NCBI RefSeq assembly: GCF_009914755.1
Contig: NC_060948.1
Length of the DNA stretch: 64,000 nucleotides
From: the human T2T-CHM13v2.0 reference genome, Homo sapiens
Reading direction: 5' to 3' (one strand)
Positions 13,701 to 28,581 of the stretch are shown in pieces (within the stretch, counting starts at the first letter, position 1; every line of letters begins with the position of its first letter). Made by a program: the position numbers and the translations under genes. The notes below the pieces were generated by a model that saw nothing but the letters and a program-made list of their open reading frames with translations, had not been told where the DNA came from and did no database searches.

Positions 13701-14345
13701 GGAATTGAATGGAATGGAATAATATGAAATGGAATGGAATGGAATGCCCTTGAATTAAATGGACTGTAATGGAATGGACTCGAACAGAGTGGAATGGAAA
13801 GTGTTGAGATAGAATGGAATGGACTCGTTTGGAATGGTCTAGTATGCAATGCAATCGACTGGCAGGGAATCAAAAGGAATGTAATGGAATGGATTGGACT
13901 GGAATGCAATGGACTCGAATAGATTGGAAACGGAATGCAAAGGAATGGAATGGAATAGTATGGAATGGAATGGAAAGGAATGGAGTGGAATAGACTAGAG
14001 TGGAATGGAATGGACTGGAAAGCAATAGACTGGAATGGAACTTTCTTGAATGGACTGGAATCAAACGGAATGGAATGCAATGCAATCAAATGGCATGGAA
14101 TAAAATAGAATGAAAGAGAATCAAATGGAATTGAATCGAATGGAATCGAATGGATTGGAAAGGAATAGAATGGAATGGAATGGAATTGACTCAAATGGAA
14201 TGGACTAGAATGGAATGGATTCGAATGGAAGGCAAAGGAATGGAATCTATTGGAATGGACTGTAATGGAATGGAATGGAAGGGATTGGAATGGACTCGAA
14301 TGGAATGGACTGCAATAGAAAGGATTCGAATGGAATGAAAAAGAA
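10787..14345 (+). repeat. DYZ1-type unit U4 (3,559 bp)
   Basis: Landmark spacing. 10-bp deletion in the tract before GCCCTTG (~13730). Confidence 0.9.
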
Positions 14346-17300
14346 TTGAATGGAATAGAACAGAATGGAATCAAATCGAATGAAATGGAGTGGAATAGAA
14401 AGGAATGGAATGAAATGGAATGGAAAGGATTCGAATGGAATGCAATCGAATGGAATGGAATCGAACGGAATGGAATAAAATGGAAGAAAACTGGCAAGAA
14501 ATGGAATCGAAATGAATGGAGTGTTATGGAACGGACTCAAAAGGAATTGAATGTAATAGAATGGAGTGGAGTGGACTCGAATATAATGGACTGGAATGGA
14601 ATGAAATCACATGGAATGGGAACGAATGGAATGGAATGGAAAGGAATGGAATCGAATGGAAAGGAATCGAATGGAAGGGAATGAAATTGAATCAACAGGA
14701 ATGGAAGGGAATAGAATAGACGGTAATGGAATGGACTCGAATAGAATGGACACGAATGCTCAAATTGAATGGACTCGAATGGAATGGAAACGAAAGGAAT
14801 GTCATCGAATGGAATTGAATCGATTGGAATGAAATCGCATAGAATGGAGTGGAATCAAATGGAATTGAATCGAAAGGAAAGGAAGCGAATGGACTGAAAT
14901 GAAATGGAATGGAATTGAATGGAAAGTAATGCAATGGAATAGAATGGAACGAAATTTCACGGAATGGAATCAAACTGAATGGAATCAAATCAATGGAATC
15001 AAATCAAATGGAATGGAAAGGAATTGAATGGAGTAGATTGGATTGGATGGGATTGGAATGAAATGTACTGGAAAGGACTCGAATTTCATGAAACGGAATG
15101 GAATGAATTGGAACGGAATGGACTCGAATGGAATGGAATGTCATGGAATGGCATCAAATGGAATGGCATCAAATGGAATGGAATCGAATGCAATGGAATG
15201 CTATGGAATGGAATGGAATGCATTGGAATGGAATGTCCTCTAATGGAATGGATTCGAGTGGAATGGAATCGAATATAATGGAGTCGAATGAAATGGAATT
15301 GAAAAGAATGGGATCGAATACAATGGAATATACTGGAATGTAATGTAATGAACTCGAATGTAATTGACTGGAATGGAATGTACATGAATGGAATGTAATC
15401 GAATGGAAAGTAATCCAATGGAATAGAAACTAATGCAATAAAATCGACTCAAATAGAGTAGAATGTAATGGAATGGAGTGCAGTGCAATGGAATGGAATG
15501 GAATGGAATGCAATGGAATGGAATGGAATGTTATGGAATGGAATGGAATGGATTGGAATGGGATGGAATGGTATGGAATGGATAGTAATGGACTGGAGTG
15601 AAATGGACTGGAAAGGAATGGACTCAAATTGAAAGGGCTCGAAAGGAATGGAGTCAAATGGAATAGTCTGGAATGGAATGAACACGAATGTAATGCAATC
15701 CAATAGAATGTAATCGAATGGCATGGAATATAAAGAAATGGAATCGAAGAGAATGGAAACAAATGGAATGGAATTGAATGGAATGGAATTGAATGGAATG
15801 GGAACGAATGGAGTGAAATTGTATGCAGTAGAAGAGAATAGAATGGAATGCAAGCGAAAGGAAAGGAATGGATTGGAATGGAATGGAATTCATTGGAATG
15901 GAAGGGAATGTAGTGTAATGGACAGGCCTGGAATAAAGTGGAATGCTACGGTCTCGAATGGAATAAAAATGTATGGAATGGAATGCAATGAAAGGGAATC
16001 GAATGTCATAGAATGTAATGGAATGCAACAAAATGGAATCCAAAATCATTGACTGGAAAGGCTGGGTGTCGAAAGGAATTGACTCCAATGGAATGGAATC
16101 GAATGGAATGGAAGTGAATAGAATCGAACTAAATCGAATGGAATGGAATTGATAGGAACGGAATGGAGAGGAATGCAATGATTTGGCATGGAATGCAATC
16201 GAATGGCATCGAATGGAATGGAATGGAATGCAATGGAATGGAATGTATTAGAATGTAATGAACTTTAATGGAATGTACTCGAATGGATTCGACTGGAATG
16301 GAATGTTCTGGAAGTGAATGGACTCCAATGGAATGGATTCAAAAGGAATGGAATCGTACGGAATGGAATCTAATGGAATGGAATTAAATGGAAATGAATC
16401 AAATTGAATAGCACGGAATTGAATTGAATGGAATGGAATGCAATGGAATCTAATGAAACGGAAAGGAAAGGAATGGAATGGAATGGAATGGGCTGGAATG
16501 GAAAGGAATCGAAACGAATGGAATGGAATCGAACTGAAGAGACTGGAATGGAATGCACTGGAATGGAAGGGAGTGTAATGGAAGGTTCTCGAAAAAAATG
16601 GAATCGAATGGAATGGAATTGAATGGAACGGAATAGAGTCGAATGGAATTGAATGGAATGGAATGGACTAGAGTGAAATGGAATCGAACCACAAGGAATG
16701 GACAGGAATAGAATGGTCTCGAATTGAATGGAATCGTATGGAATGGCATCAAACGGAATGGAATGGACAGCCACGGAATGGAATGCACTCGAATGCAATG
16801 GAGTCGAAACTAATGGACTGGAATAGAATGGACTCGACTGGTACGGACTCCAATGGAATGGAATCGAATGGAAGGGAATCGAACGGAATGGACTCGAAGG
16901 GAAAAGACTGCAATGGAAAGGTCTCGAATGGAATGGAAATTAATGGAATGGAATGGAATCGAATGAAATGGAGTCAAAAGGAATGGAATCGAATGGCAAG
17001 AAATCGAATGTAATGGAATCGCAAGGAATTGATGTGAACGGAACGGAATGGAATGGAATCCAAAGGAATGGAATAGAATGGAATGGAATCGAATGGAAAG
17101 GACTCGAATGGAAATCACTCGAATAGAATGCAATTTAATAAAATAGGATCAAATGTAATGGAATGGAATGGAAAGGAATCGAAACGAAAGGAATGGAGAC
17201 AGATGGAATGGAATGGAACAGAGAGCAATGGTATAGAATGGAATGGAATCATCTGGAATGGAATTGAATGGAATGGAATAATATGAAATGGAATGGAATG

Positions 17301-17914
17301 GAATGGAATGGAATGCCCTTGAATTAAATGGACTGGAATGGAATGGACTCGAACAGAGTGGAATGGAAAGTGTTGAGATAGAATGGAATGGACTCGTTTG
17401 GAATGGTCTAGTATGCAATGCAATCGACTGGCAGGGAATCAAAAGGAATGTAATGGAATGGATTGGACTGGAATGCAATGGACTCGAATAGATTGGAAAC
17501 GGAATGCAAAGGAATGGAATGGAATAGTATGGAATGGAATGGAAAGGAATGGAGTGGAATAGACTAGAGTGGAATGGAATGGACTGGAAAGCAATAGACT
17601 GGAATGGAACTTTCTTGAATGGACTGGAATCAAACGGAATGGAATGCAATGCAATCAAATGGCATGGAATAAAATAGAATGAAAGAGAATCAAATGGAAT
17701 TGAATCGAATGGAATCGAATGGATTGGAAAGGAATAGAATGGAATGGAATGGAATTGACTCAAATGGAATGGACTAGAATGGAATGGATTCGAATGGAAG
17801 GCAAAGGAATGGAATCTATTGGAATGGACTGTAATGGAATGGAATGGAAGGGATTGGAATGGACTCGAATGGAATGGACTGCAATAGAAAGGATTCGAAT
17901 GGAATGAAAAAGAA
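14346..17914 (+). repeat. DYZ1-type unit U5 (3,569 bp)
   Basis: Landmark spacing. Confidence 0.9.
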
Positions 17915-20900
17915 TTGAATGGAATAGAACAGAATGGAATCAAATCGAATGAAATGGAGTGGAATAGAAAGGAATGGAATGAAATGGAATGGAAAGGATT
18001 CGAATGGAATGCAATCGAATGGAATGGAATCGAACGGAATGGAATAAAATGGAAGAAAACTGGCAAGAAATGGAATCGAAATGAATGGAGTGTTATGGAA
18101 CGGACTCAAAAGGAATTGAATGTAATAGAATGGAGTGGAGTGGACTCGAATATAATGGACTGGAATGGAATGAAATCACATGGAATGGGAACGAATGGAA
18201 TGGAATGGAAAGGAATGGAATCGAATGGAAAGGAATCGAATGGAAGGGAATGAAATTGAATCAACAGGAATGGAAGGGAATAGAATAGACGGTAATGGAA
18301 TGGACTCGAATAGAATGGACACGAATGCTCAAATTGAATGGACTCGAATGGAATGGAAACGAAAGGAATGTCATCGAATGGAATTGAATCGATTGGAATG
18401 AAATCGCATAGAATGGAGTGGAATCAAATGGAATTGAATCGAAAGGAAAGGAAGCGAATGGACTGAAATGAAATGGAATGGAATTGAATGGAAAGTAATG
18501 CAATGGAATAGAATGGAACGAAATTTCACGGAATGGAATCAAACTGAATGGAATCAAATCAATGGAATCAAATCAAATGGAATGGAAAGGAATTGAATGG
18601 AGTAGATTGGATTGGATGGGATTGGAATGAAATGTACTGGAAAGGACTCGAATTTCATGAAACGGAATGGAATGAATTGGAACGGAATGGACTCGAATGG
18701 AATGGAATGTCATGGAATGGCATCAAATGGAATGGCATCAAATGGAATGGAATCGAATGCAATGGAATGCTATGGAATGGAATGGAATGCATTGGAATGG
18801 AATGTCCTCTAATGGAATGGATTCGAGTGGAATGGAATCGAATATAATGGAGTCGAATGAAATGGAATTGAAAAGAATGGGATCGAATACAATGGAATAT
18901 ACTGGAATGTAATGTAATGAACTCGAATGTAATTGACTGGAATGGAATGTACATGAATGGAATGTAATCGAATGGAAAGTAATCCAATGGAATAGAAACT
19001 AATGCAATAAAATCGACTCAAATAGAGTAGAATGTAATGGAATGGAGTGCAGTGCAATGGAATGGAATGGAATGGAATGCAATGGAATGGAATGGAATGT
19101 TATGGAATGGAATGGAATGGATTGGAATGGGATGGAATGGTATGGAATGGATAGTAATGGACTGGAGTGAAATGGACTGGAAAGGAATGGACTCAAATTG
19201 AAAGGGCTCGAAAGGAATGGAGTCAAATGGAATAGTCTGGAATGGAATGAACACGAATGTAATGCAATCCAATAGAATGTAATCGAATGGCATGGAATAT
19301 AAAGAAATGGAATCGAAGAGAATGGAAACAAATGGAATGGAATTGAATGGAATGGAATTGAATGGAATGGGAACGAATGGAGTGAAATTGTATGCAGTAG
19401 AAGAGAATAGAATGGAATGCAAGCGAAAGGAAAGGAATGGATTGGAATGGAATGGAATTCATTGGAATGGAAGGGAATGTAGTGTAATGGACAGGCCTGG
19501 AATAAAGTGGAATGCTACGGTCTCGAATGGAATAAAAATGTATGGAATGGAATGCAATGAAAGGGAATCGAATGTCATAGAATGTAATGGAATGCAAAAA
19601 AATGGAATCCAAAATCATTGACTGGAAAGGCTGGGTGTCGAAAGGAATTGACTCCAATGGAATGGAATCAAATGGAATGGAAGTGAATAGAATCGAACTA
19701 AATCGAATGGAATGGAATTGATAGGAACGGAATGGAGAGGAATGCAATGATTTTGCATGGAATGCAATCGAATGGCATCGAATGGAATGGAATGGAATGC
19801 AATGGAATGGAATGTATTAGAATGTAATGAACTTTAATGGAATGTACTCGAATGGATTCGACTGGAATGGAATGTTGTGGAAGTGAATGGACTCCAATGG
19901 AATGGATTCAAAAGGAATGGAATCGTACGGAATGGAATCTAATGGAATGGAATTAAATGGAAATGAATCAAATTGAATAGCACGGAATTGAATTGAATGG
20001 AATGGAATGCAATGGAATCTAATGAAACGGAAAGGAAAGGAATGGAATGGAATGGAATGGGCTGGAATGGAAAGGAATCGAAACGAATGGAATGGAATCG
20101 AACTGAAGAGACTGGAATGGAATGCACTGGAATGGAAGGGAGTGTAATGGAAGGTTCTCGAAAAAAATGGAATCGAATGGAATGGAATTGAATGGAACGG
20201 AATAGAGTCGAATGGAATTGAATGGAATGGAATGGACTAGAGTGAAATGGAATCGAACCACAAGGAATGGACAGGAATAGAATGGTCTCGAATTGAATGG
20301 AATCGTATGGAATGGCATCAAACGGAATGGAATGGACAGCCACGGAATGGAATGCACTCGAATGCAATGGAGTCGAAACTAATGGACTGGAATAGAATGG
20401 ACTCGACTGGTACGGACTCCAATGGAATGGAATCGAATGGAAGGGAATCGAACGGAATGGACTCGAAGGGAAAAGACTGCAATGGAAAGGTCTCGAATGG
20501 AATGGAAATTAATGGAATGGAATGGAATCGAATGAAATGGAGTCAAAAGGAATGGAATCGAATGGCAAGAAATCGAATGTAATGGAATCGCAAGGAATTG
20601 ATGTGAACGGAACGGAATGGAATGGAATCCAAAGGAATGGAATAGAATGGAATGGAATCGAATGGAAAGGACTCGAATGGAAATCACTCGAATAGAATGC
20701 AATTTAATAAAATAGGATCAAATGTAATGGAATGGAATGGAAAGGAATCGAAACGAAAGGAATGGAGACAGATGGAATGGAATGGAACAGAGAGCAATGG
20801 TATAGAATGGAATGGAATCATCTGGAATGGAATTGAATGGAATGGAATAATATGAAATGGAATGGAATGGAATGCCCTTGAATTAAATGGACTGTAATGG

Positions 20901-21473
20901 ACTGGACTCGAACAGAGTGGAATGGAAAGTGTTGAGATAGAATGGAATGGACTCGTTTGGAATGGTCTAGTATGCAATGCAATCGACTGGCAGGGAATCA
21001 AAAGGAATGTAATGGAATGGATTGGACTGGAATGCAATGGACTCGAATAGATTGGAAACGGAATGCAAAGGAATGGAATGGAATAGTATGGAATGGAATG
21101 GAAAGGAATGGAGTGGAATAGACTAGAGTGGAATGGAATGGACTGGAAAGCAATAGACTGGAATGGAACTTTCTTGAATGGACTGGAATCAAACGGAATG
21201 GAATGCAATGCAATCAAATGGCATGGAATAAAATAGAATGAAAGAGAATCAAATGGAATTGAATCGAATGGAATCGAATGGATTGGAAAGGAATAGAATG
21301 GAATGGAATGGAATTGACTCAAATGGAATGGACTAGAATGGAATGGATTCGAATGGAAGGCAAAGGAATGGAATCTATTGGAATGGACTGTAATGGAATG
21401 GAATGGAAGGGATTGGAATGGACTCGAATGGAATGGACTGCAATAGAAAGGATTCGAATGGAATGAAAAAGAA
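17915..21473 (+). repeat. DYZ1-type unit U6 (3,559 bp)
   Basis: Landmark spacing. 10-bp deletion near 20860. First HSE-like site mutated (GTTGTGG at ~19874). Confidence 0.9.
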
Positions 21474-24400
21474 TTGAATGGAATAGAACAGAATGGAATC
21501 AAATCGAATGAAATGGAGTGGAATAGAAAGGAATGGAATGAAATGGAATGGAAAGGATTCGAATGGAATGCAATCGAATGGAATGGAATCGAACGGAATG
21601 GAATAAAATGGAAGAAAACTGGCAAGAAATGGAATCGAAATGAATGGAGTGTTATGGAACGGACTCAAAAGGAATTGAATGTAATAGAATGGAGTGGAGT
21701 GGACTCGAATATAATGGACTGGAATGGAATGAAATCACATGGAATGGGAACGAATGGAATGGAATGGAAAGGAATGGAATCGAATGGAAAGGAATCGAAT
21801 GGAAGGGAATGAAATTGAATCAACAGGAATGGAAGGGAATAGAATAGACGGTAATGGAATGGACTCGAATAGAATGGACACGAATGCTCAAATTGAATGG
21901 ACTCGAATGGAATGGAAACGAAAGGAATGTCATCGAATGGAATTGAATCGATTGGAATGAAATCGCATAGAATGGAGTGGAATCAAATGGAATTGAATCG
22001 AAAGGAAAGGAAGCGAATGGACTGAAATGAAATGGAATGGAATTGAATGGAAAGTAATGCAATGGAATAGAATGGAACGAAATTTCACGGAATGGAATCA
22101 AACTGAATGGAATCAAATCAATGGAATCAAATCAAATGGAATGGAAAGGAAATGAATGGAGTAGATTGGATTGGATGGGATTGGAATGAAATGTACTGGA
22201 AAGGACTCGAATTTCATGAAACGGAATGGAATGAATTGGAACGGAATGGACTCGAATGGAATGGAATGTCATGGAATGGCATCAAATGGAATGGCATCAA
22301 ATGGAATGGAATCGAATGCAATGGAATGCTATGGAATGGAATGGAATGCATTGGAATGGAATGTCCTCTAATGGAATGGATTCGAGTGGAATGGAATCGA
22401 ATATAATGGAGTCGAATGAAATGGAATTGAAAAGAATGGGATCGAATACAATGGAATATACTGGAATGTAATGTAATGAACTCGAATGTAATTGACTGGA
22501 ATGGAATGTACATGAATGGAATGTAATCGAATGGAAAGTAATCCAATGGAATAGAAACTAATGCAATAAAATCGACTCAAATAGAGTAGAATGTAATGGA
22601 ATGGAGTGCAGTGCAATGGAATGGAATGGAATGGAATGCAATGGAATGGAATGGAATGTTATGGAATGGAATGGAATGGATTGGAATGGGATGGAATGGT
22701 ATGGAATGGATAGTAATGGACTGGAGTGAAATGGACTGGAAAGGAATGGACTCAAATTGAAAGGGCTCGAAAGGAATGGAGTCAAATGGAATAGTCTGGA
22801 ATGGAATGAACACGAATGTAATGCAATCCAATAGAATGTAATCGAATGGCATGGAATATAAAGAAATGGAATCGAAGAGAATGGAAACAAATGGAATGGA
22901 ATTGAATGGAATGGAATTGAATGGAATGGGAACGAATGGAGTGAAATTGTATGCAGTAGAAGAGAATAGAATGGAATGCAAGCGAAAGGAAAGGAATGGA
23001 TTGGAATGGAATGGAATTCATTGGAATGGAAGGGAATGTAGTGTAATGGACAGGCCTGGAATAAAGTGGAATGCTACGGTCTCGAATGGAATAAAAATGT
23101 ATGGAATGGAATGCAATGAAAGGGAATCGAATGTCATTGAATGTAATGGAATGCAAAAAAATGGAATCCAAAATCATTGACTGGAAAGGCTGGGTGTCGA
23201 AAGGAATTGACTCCAATGGAATGGAATCGAATGGAATGGAAGTGAATAGAATCGAACTAAATCGAATGGAATGGAATTGATAGGAACGGAATGGAGAGGA
23301 ATGCAATGATTTGGCATGGAATGCAATCGAATGGCATCGAATGGAATGGAATGGAATGCAATGGAATGGAATGTATTAGAATGTAATGAACTTTAATGGA
23401 ATGTACTCGAATGGATTCGACTGGAATGGAATGTTCTGGAAGTGAATGGACTCCAATGGAATGGATTCAAAAGGAATGGAATCGTACGGAATGGAATCTA
23501 ATGGAATGGAATTAAATGGAAATGAATCAAATTGAATAGCACGGAATTGAATTGAATGGAATGGAATGCAATGGAATCTAATGAAACGGAAAGGAAAGGA
23601 ATGGAATGGAATGGAATGGGCTGGAATGGAAAGGAATCGAAACGAATGGAATGGAATCGAACTGAAGAGACTGGAATGGAATGCACTGGAATGGAAGGGA
23701 GTGTAATGGAAGGTTCTCGAAAAAAATGGAATCGAATGGAATGGAATTGAATGGAACGGAATAGAGTCGAATGGAATTGAATGGAATGGAATGGACTAGA
23801 GTGAAATAGAATCGAACCACAAGGAATGGACAGGAATAGAATGGTCTCGAATTGAATGGAATCGTATGGAATGGCATCAAACGGAATGGAATGGACAGCC
23901 ACGGAATGGAATGCACTCGAATGCAATGGAGTCGAAACTAATGGACTGGAATAGAATGGACTCGACTGGTACGGACTCCAATGGAATGGAATCGAATGGA
24001 AGGGAATCGAACGGAATGGACTCGAAGGGAAAAGACTGCAATGGAAAGGTCTCGAATGGAATGGAAATTAATGGAATGGAATGGAATCGAATGAAATGGA
24101 GTCAAAAGGAATGGAATCGAATGGCAAGAAATCGAATGTAATGGAATCGCAAGGAATTGATGTGAACGGAACGGAATGGAATGGAATCCAAAGGAATGGA
24201 ATAGAATGGAATGGAATCGAATGGAAAGGACTCGAATGGAAATCACTCGAATAGAATGCAATTTAATAAAATAGGATCAAATGTAATGGAATGGAATGGA
24301 AAGGAATCGAAACGAAAGGAATGGAGACAGATGGAATGGAATGGAACAGAGAGCAATGGTATAGAATGGAATGGAATCATCTGGAATGGAATTGAATGGA

Positions 24401-25042
24401 ATGGAATAATATGAAATGGAATGGAATGGAATGGAATGGAATGCCCTTGAATTAAATGGACTGGAATGGAATGGACTCGAACAGAGTGGAATGGAAAGTG
24501 TTGAGATAGAATGGAATGGACTCGTTTGGAATGGTCTAGTATGCAATGCAATCGACTGGCAGGGAATCAAAAGGAATGTAATGGAAAGGATTGGACTGGA
24601 ATGCAATGGACTCGAATAGATTGGAAACGGAATGCAAAGGAATGGAATGGAATAGTATGGAATGGAATGGAAAGGAATGGAGTGGAATAGACTAGAGTGG
24701 AATGGAATGGACTGGAAAGCAATAGACTGGAATGGAACTTTCTTGAATGGACTGGAATCAAACGGAATGGAATGCAATGCAATCAAATGGCATGGAATAA
24801 AATAGAATGAAAGAGAATCAAATGGAATTGAATCGAATGGAATCGAATGGATTGGAAAGGAATAGAATGGAATGGAATGGAATTGACTCAAATGGAATGG
24901 ACTAGAATGGAATGGATTCGAATGGAAGGCAAAGGAATGGAATCTATTGGAATGGACTGTAATGGAATGGAATGGAAGGGATTGGAATGGACTCGAATGG
25001 AATGGACTGCAATAGAAAGGATTCGAATGGAATGAAAAAGAA
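21474..25042 (+). repeat. DYZ1-type unit U7 (3,569 bp)
   Basis: Landmark spacing. Confidence 0.9.
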
Positions 25043-28000
25043 TTGAATGGAATAGAACAGAATGGAATCAAATCGAATGAAATGGAGTGGAATAGAAAGG
25101 AATGGAATGAAATGGAATGGAAAGGATTCGAATGGAATGCAATCGAATGGAATGGAATCGAACGGAATGGAATAAAATGGAAGAAAACTGGCAAGAAATG
25201 GAATCGAAATGAATGGAGTGTTATGGAACGGACTCAAAAGGAATTGAATGTAATAGAATGGAGTGGAGTGGACTCGAATATAATGGACTGGAATGGAATG
25301 AAATCACATGGAATGGGAACGAATGGAATGGAATGGAAAGGAATGGAATCGAATGGAAAGGAATCGAATGGAAGGGAATGAAATTGAATCAACAGGAATG
25401 GAAGGGAATAGAATAGACGGTAATGGAATGGACTCGAATAGAATGGACACGAATGCTCAAATTGAATGGACTCGAATGGAATGGAAACGAAAGGAATGTC
25501 ATCGAATGGAATTGAATCGATTGGAATGAAATCGCATAGAATGGAGTGGAATCAAATGGAATTGAATCGAAAGGAAAGGAAGCGAATGGACTGAAATGAA
25601 ATGGAATGGAATTGAATGGAAAGTAATGCAATGGAATAGAATGGAACGAAATTTCACGGAATGGAATCAAACTGAATGGAATCAAATCAATGGAATCTAA
25701 TCAAATGGAATGGAAAGGAATTGAATGGAGTAGATTGGATTGGATGGGATTGGAATGAAATGTACTGGAAAGGACTCGAATTTCATGAAACGGAATGGAA
25801 TGAATTGGAACGGAATGGACTCGAATGGAATGGAATGTCATGGAATGGCATCAAATGGAATGGCATCAAATGGAATGGAATCGAATGCAATGGAATGCTA
25901 TGGAATGGAATGGAATGCATTGGAATGGAATGTCCTCTAATGGAATGGATTCGAGTGGAATGGAATCGAATATAATGGAGTCGAATGAAATGGAATTGAA
26001 AAGAATGGGATCGAATACAATGGAATATACTGGAATGTAACGTAATGAACTCGAATGTAATTGACTGGAATGGAATGTACATGAATGGAATGTAATCGAA
26101 TGGAAAGTAATCCAATGGAATAGAAACTAATGCAATAAAATCGACTCAAATAGAGTAGAATGTAATGGAATGGAGTGCAGTGCAATGGAATGGAATGGAA
26201 TGGAATGCAATGGAATGGAATGGAATGGAATGGAATGGGATGGAATGGTGTGGAATGGATAGTAATGGACTGGTGTGAAATGGACTGGAAAGGAATGGAC
26301 TCAAATTGAAAGGGCTCGAAAGGAATGGAGTCAAATGGAATGGTCTGGAATGGAATGAACACGAATGTAATGCAATCCAATAGAATGGAATCGAATGGCT
26401 TGGAATATAAAGAAATGGAATCGAAGAGAATGGAAACAAATGGAATGGAATTGAATGGAATGGAATTGAATGGAATGGGAAGGAATGGAGTGAAATTGTA
26501 TGCAGTAGAAGAGAATAGAATGGAATGCAAGTGAAAGGAAAGGAATGGATTGGAATGGAATGGAATTCATTGGAATGGAAGGGAATGTAGTGTAATGGAC
26601 AGGCCTGGAATAAAGTGGAATGCTACGGTCTCGAATGGAATAAAAATGTATGGAATGGAATGCAATGAAACGGAATCGAATGTCATAGAATGTAATGGAA
26701 TGCAAAAAAATGGAATCCAAAATCATTGACTGGAAAGGCTGGGTGTCGAAAGGAATTGACTCCAATGGAATGGAATCGAATGGAATGGAAGTGAATAGAA
26801 TCGAACTAAATCGAATGGAATGGAATTGATAGGAACGGAATGGAAAGGAATGCAATGATTTGGCATGGAATGGAATCGAATGGCATCGAATGGAATGGAA
26901 TGGAATGCAATGGAATGGAATGTATTAGAATGTAATGAACTTTAATGGAATGTACTCGAATGGATTCGACTGGAATGGAATGTTCTGGAAGTGAATGGAC
27001 TCCAATGGAATGGATTCCAAAGGAATGGAATCGTACGGAATGGAATCTAATGGAATGGAATTAAATGGAAGTGAATCAAATTGAATAGCACGGAATTGAA
27101 TTGAATGGAATGGAATGCAATGGAATCTAATGAAACGGAAAGGAAAGGAATGGAATGGAATGGAATGGGCTGGAATGGAAAGGAATCGAAACGAATGGAA
27201 TGGAATCGAACTGAAGAGACTGGAATGGAATGCACTGGAATGGAAGGGAGTGTAATGGAAGGTTCTCGAAAAAAATGGAATCGAATGGAATGGAATTGAA
27301 TGGAACGGAATAGAGTCGAATGGAATTGAATGGAATGGAATGGACTAGAGTGAAATGGAATCGAACCACAAGGAATGGACAGGAATAGAATGGTCTCGAA
27401 TTGAATGGAATCGTATGGAATGGCATCAAACGGAATGGAATGGACAGCCACGGAATGGAATGCACTCGAATGCAATGGAGTCGAAACTAATGGACTGGAA
27501 TAGAATGGACTCGACTGGTACGGACTCCAATGGAATGGAATCGAATGGAAGGGAATCGAACGGAATAGACTCGAAGGGAAAAGACTGCAATGGAAAGGTC
27601 TCGAATGGAATGGAAATTAATGGAATGGAATGGAATCGAATGAAATGGAGTCAAAAGGAATGGAATCGAATGGCAAGAAATCGAATGTAATGGAATCGCA
27701 AGGAATTGATGTGAACGGAACGGAATGGAATGGAATCCAAAGGAATGGAATAGAATGGAATGGAATCGAATGGAAAGGACTCGAATGGAAATCACTCGAA
27801 TAGAATGCAATTTAATAAAATAGGATCAAATGTAATGGAATGGAATGGAAAGGAATCGAAACGAAAGGAATGGAGACAGATGGAATGGAATGGAACAGAG
27901 AGCAATGGTATAGAATGGAATGGAATCATCTGGAATGGAATTGAATGGAATGGAATAATATGAAATGGAATGGAATGGAATGCCCTTGAATTAAATGGAC

Positions 28001-28581
28001 TGTAATGGAATGGACTCGAACAGAGTGGAATGGAAAGTGTTGAGATAGAATGGAATGGACTCGTTTGGAATGGTCTAGTATGCAATGCAATCGACTGGCA
28101 GGGAATCAAAAGGAATGTAATGGAATGGATTGGACTGGAATGCAATGGACTCGAATAGATTGGAAACGGAATGCAAAGGAATGGAATGGAATAGTATGGA
28201 ATGGAATGGAAAGGAATGGAGTGGAATAGACTAGAGTGGAATGGAATGGACTGGAAAGCAATAGACTGGAATGGAACTTTCTTGAATGGACTGGAATCAA
28301 ACGGAATGGAATGCAATGCAATCAAATGGCATGGAATAAAATAGAATGAAAGAGAATCAAATGGAATTGAATCGAATGGAATCGAATGGATTGGAAAGGA
28401 ATAGAATGGTATGGAATGGAATTGACTCAAATGGAATGGACTAGAATGGAATGGATTCGAATGGAAGGCAAAGGAATGGAATCTATTGGAATGGACTGTA
28501 ATGGAATGGAATGGAAGGGATTGGAATGGACTCGAATGGAATGGACTGCAATAGAAAGGATTCGAATGGAATGAAAAAGAA
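25043..28581 (+). repeat. DYZ1-type unit U8 (3,539 bp), shortest, mosaic
   Basis: 20-bp deletion near 26220 plus 10-bp deletion near 27970. Confidence 0.9.
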
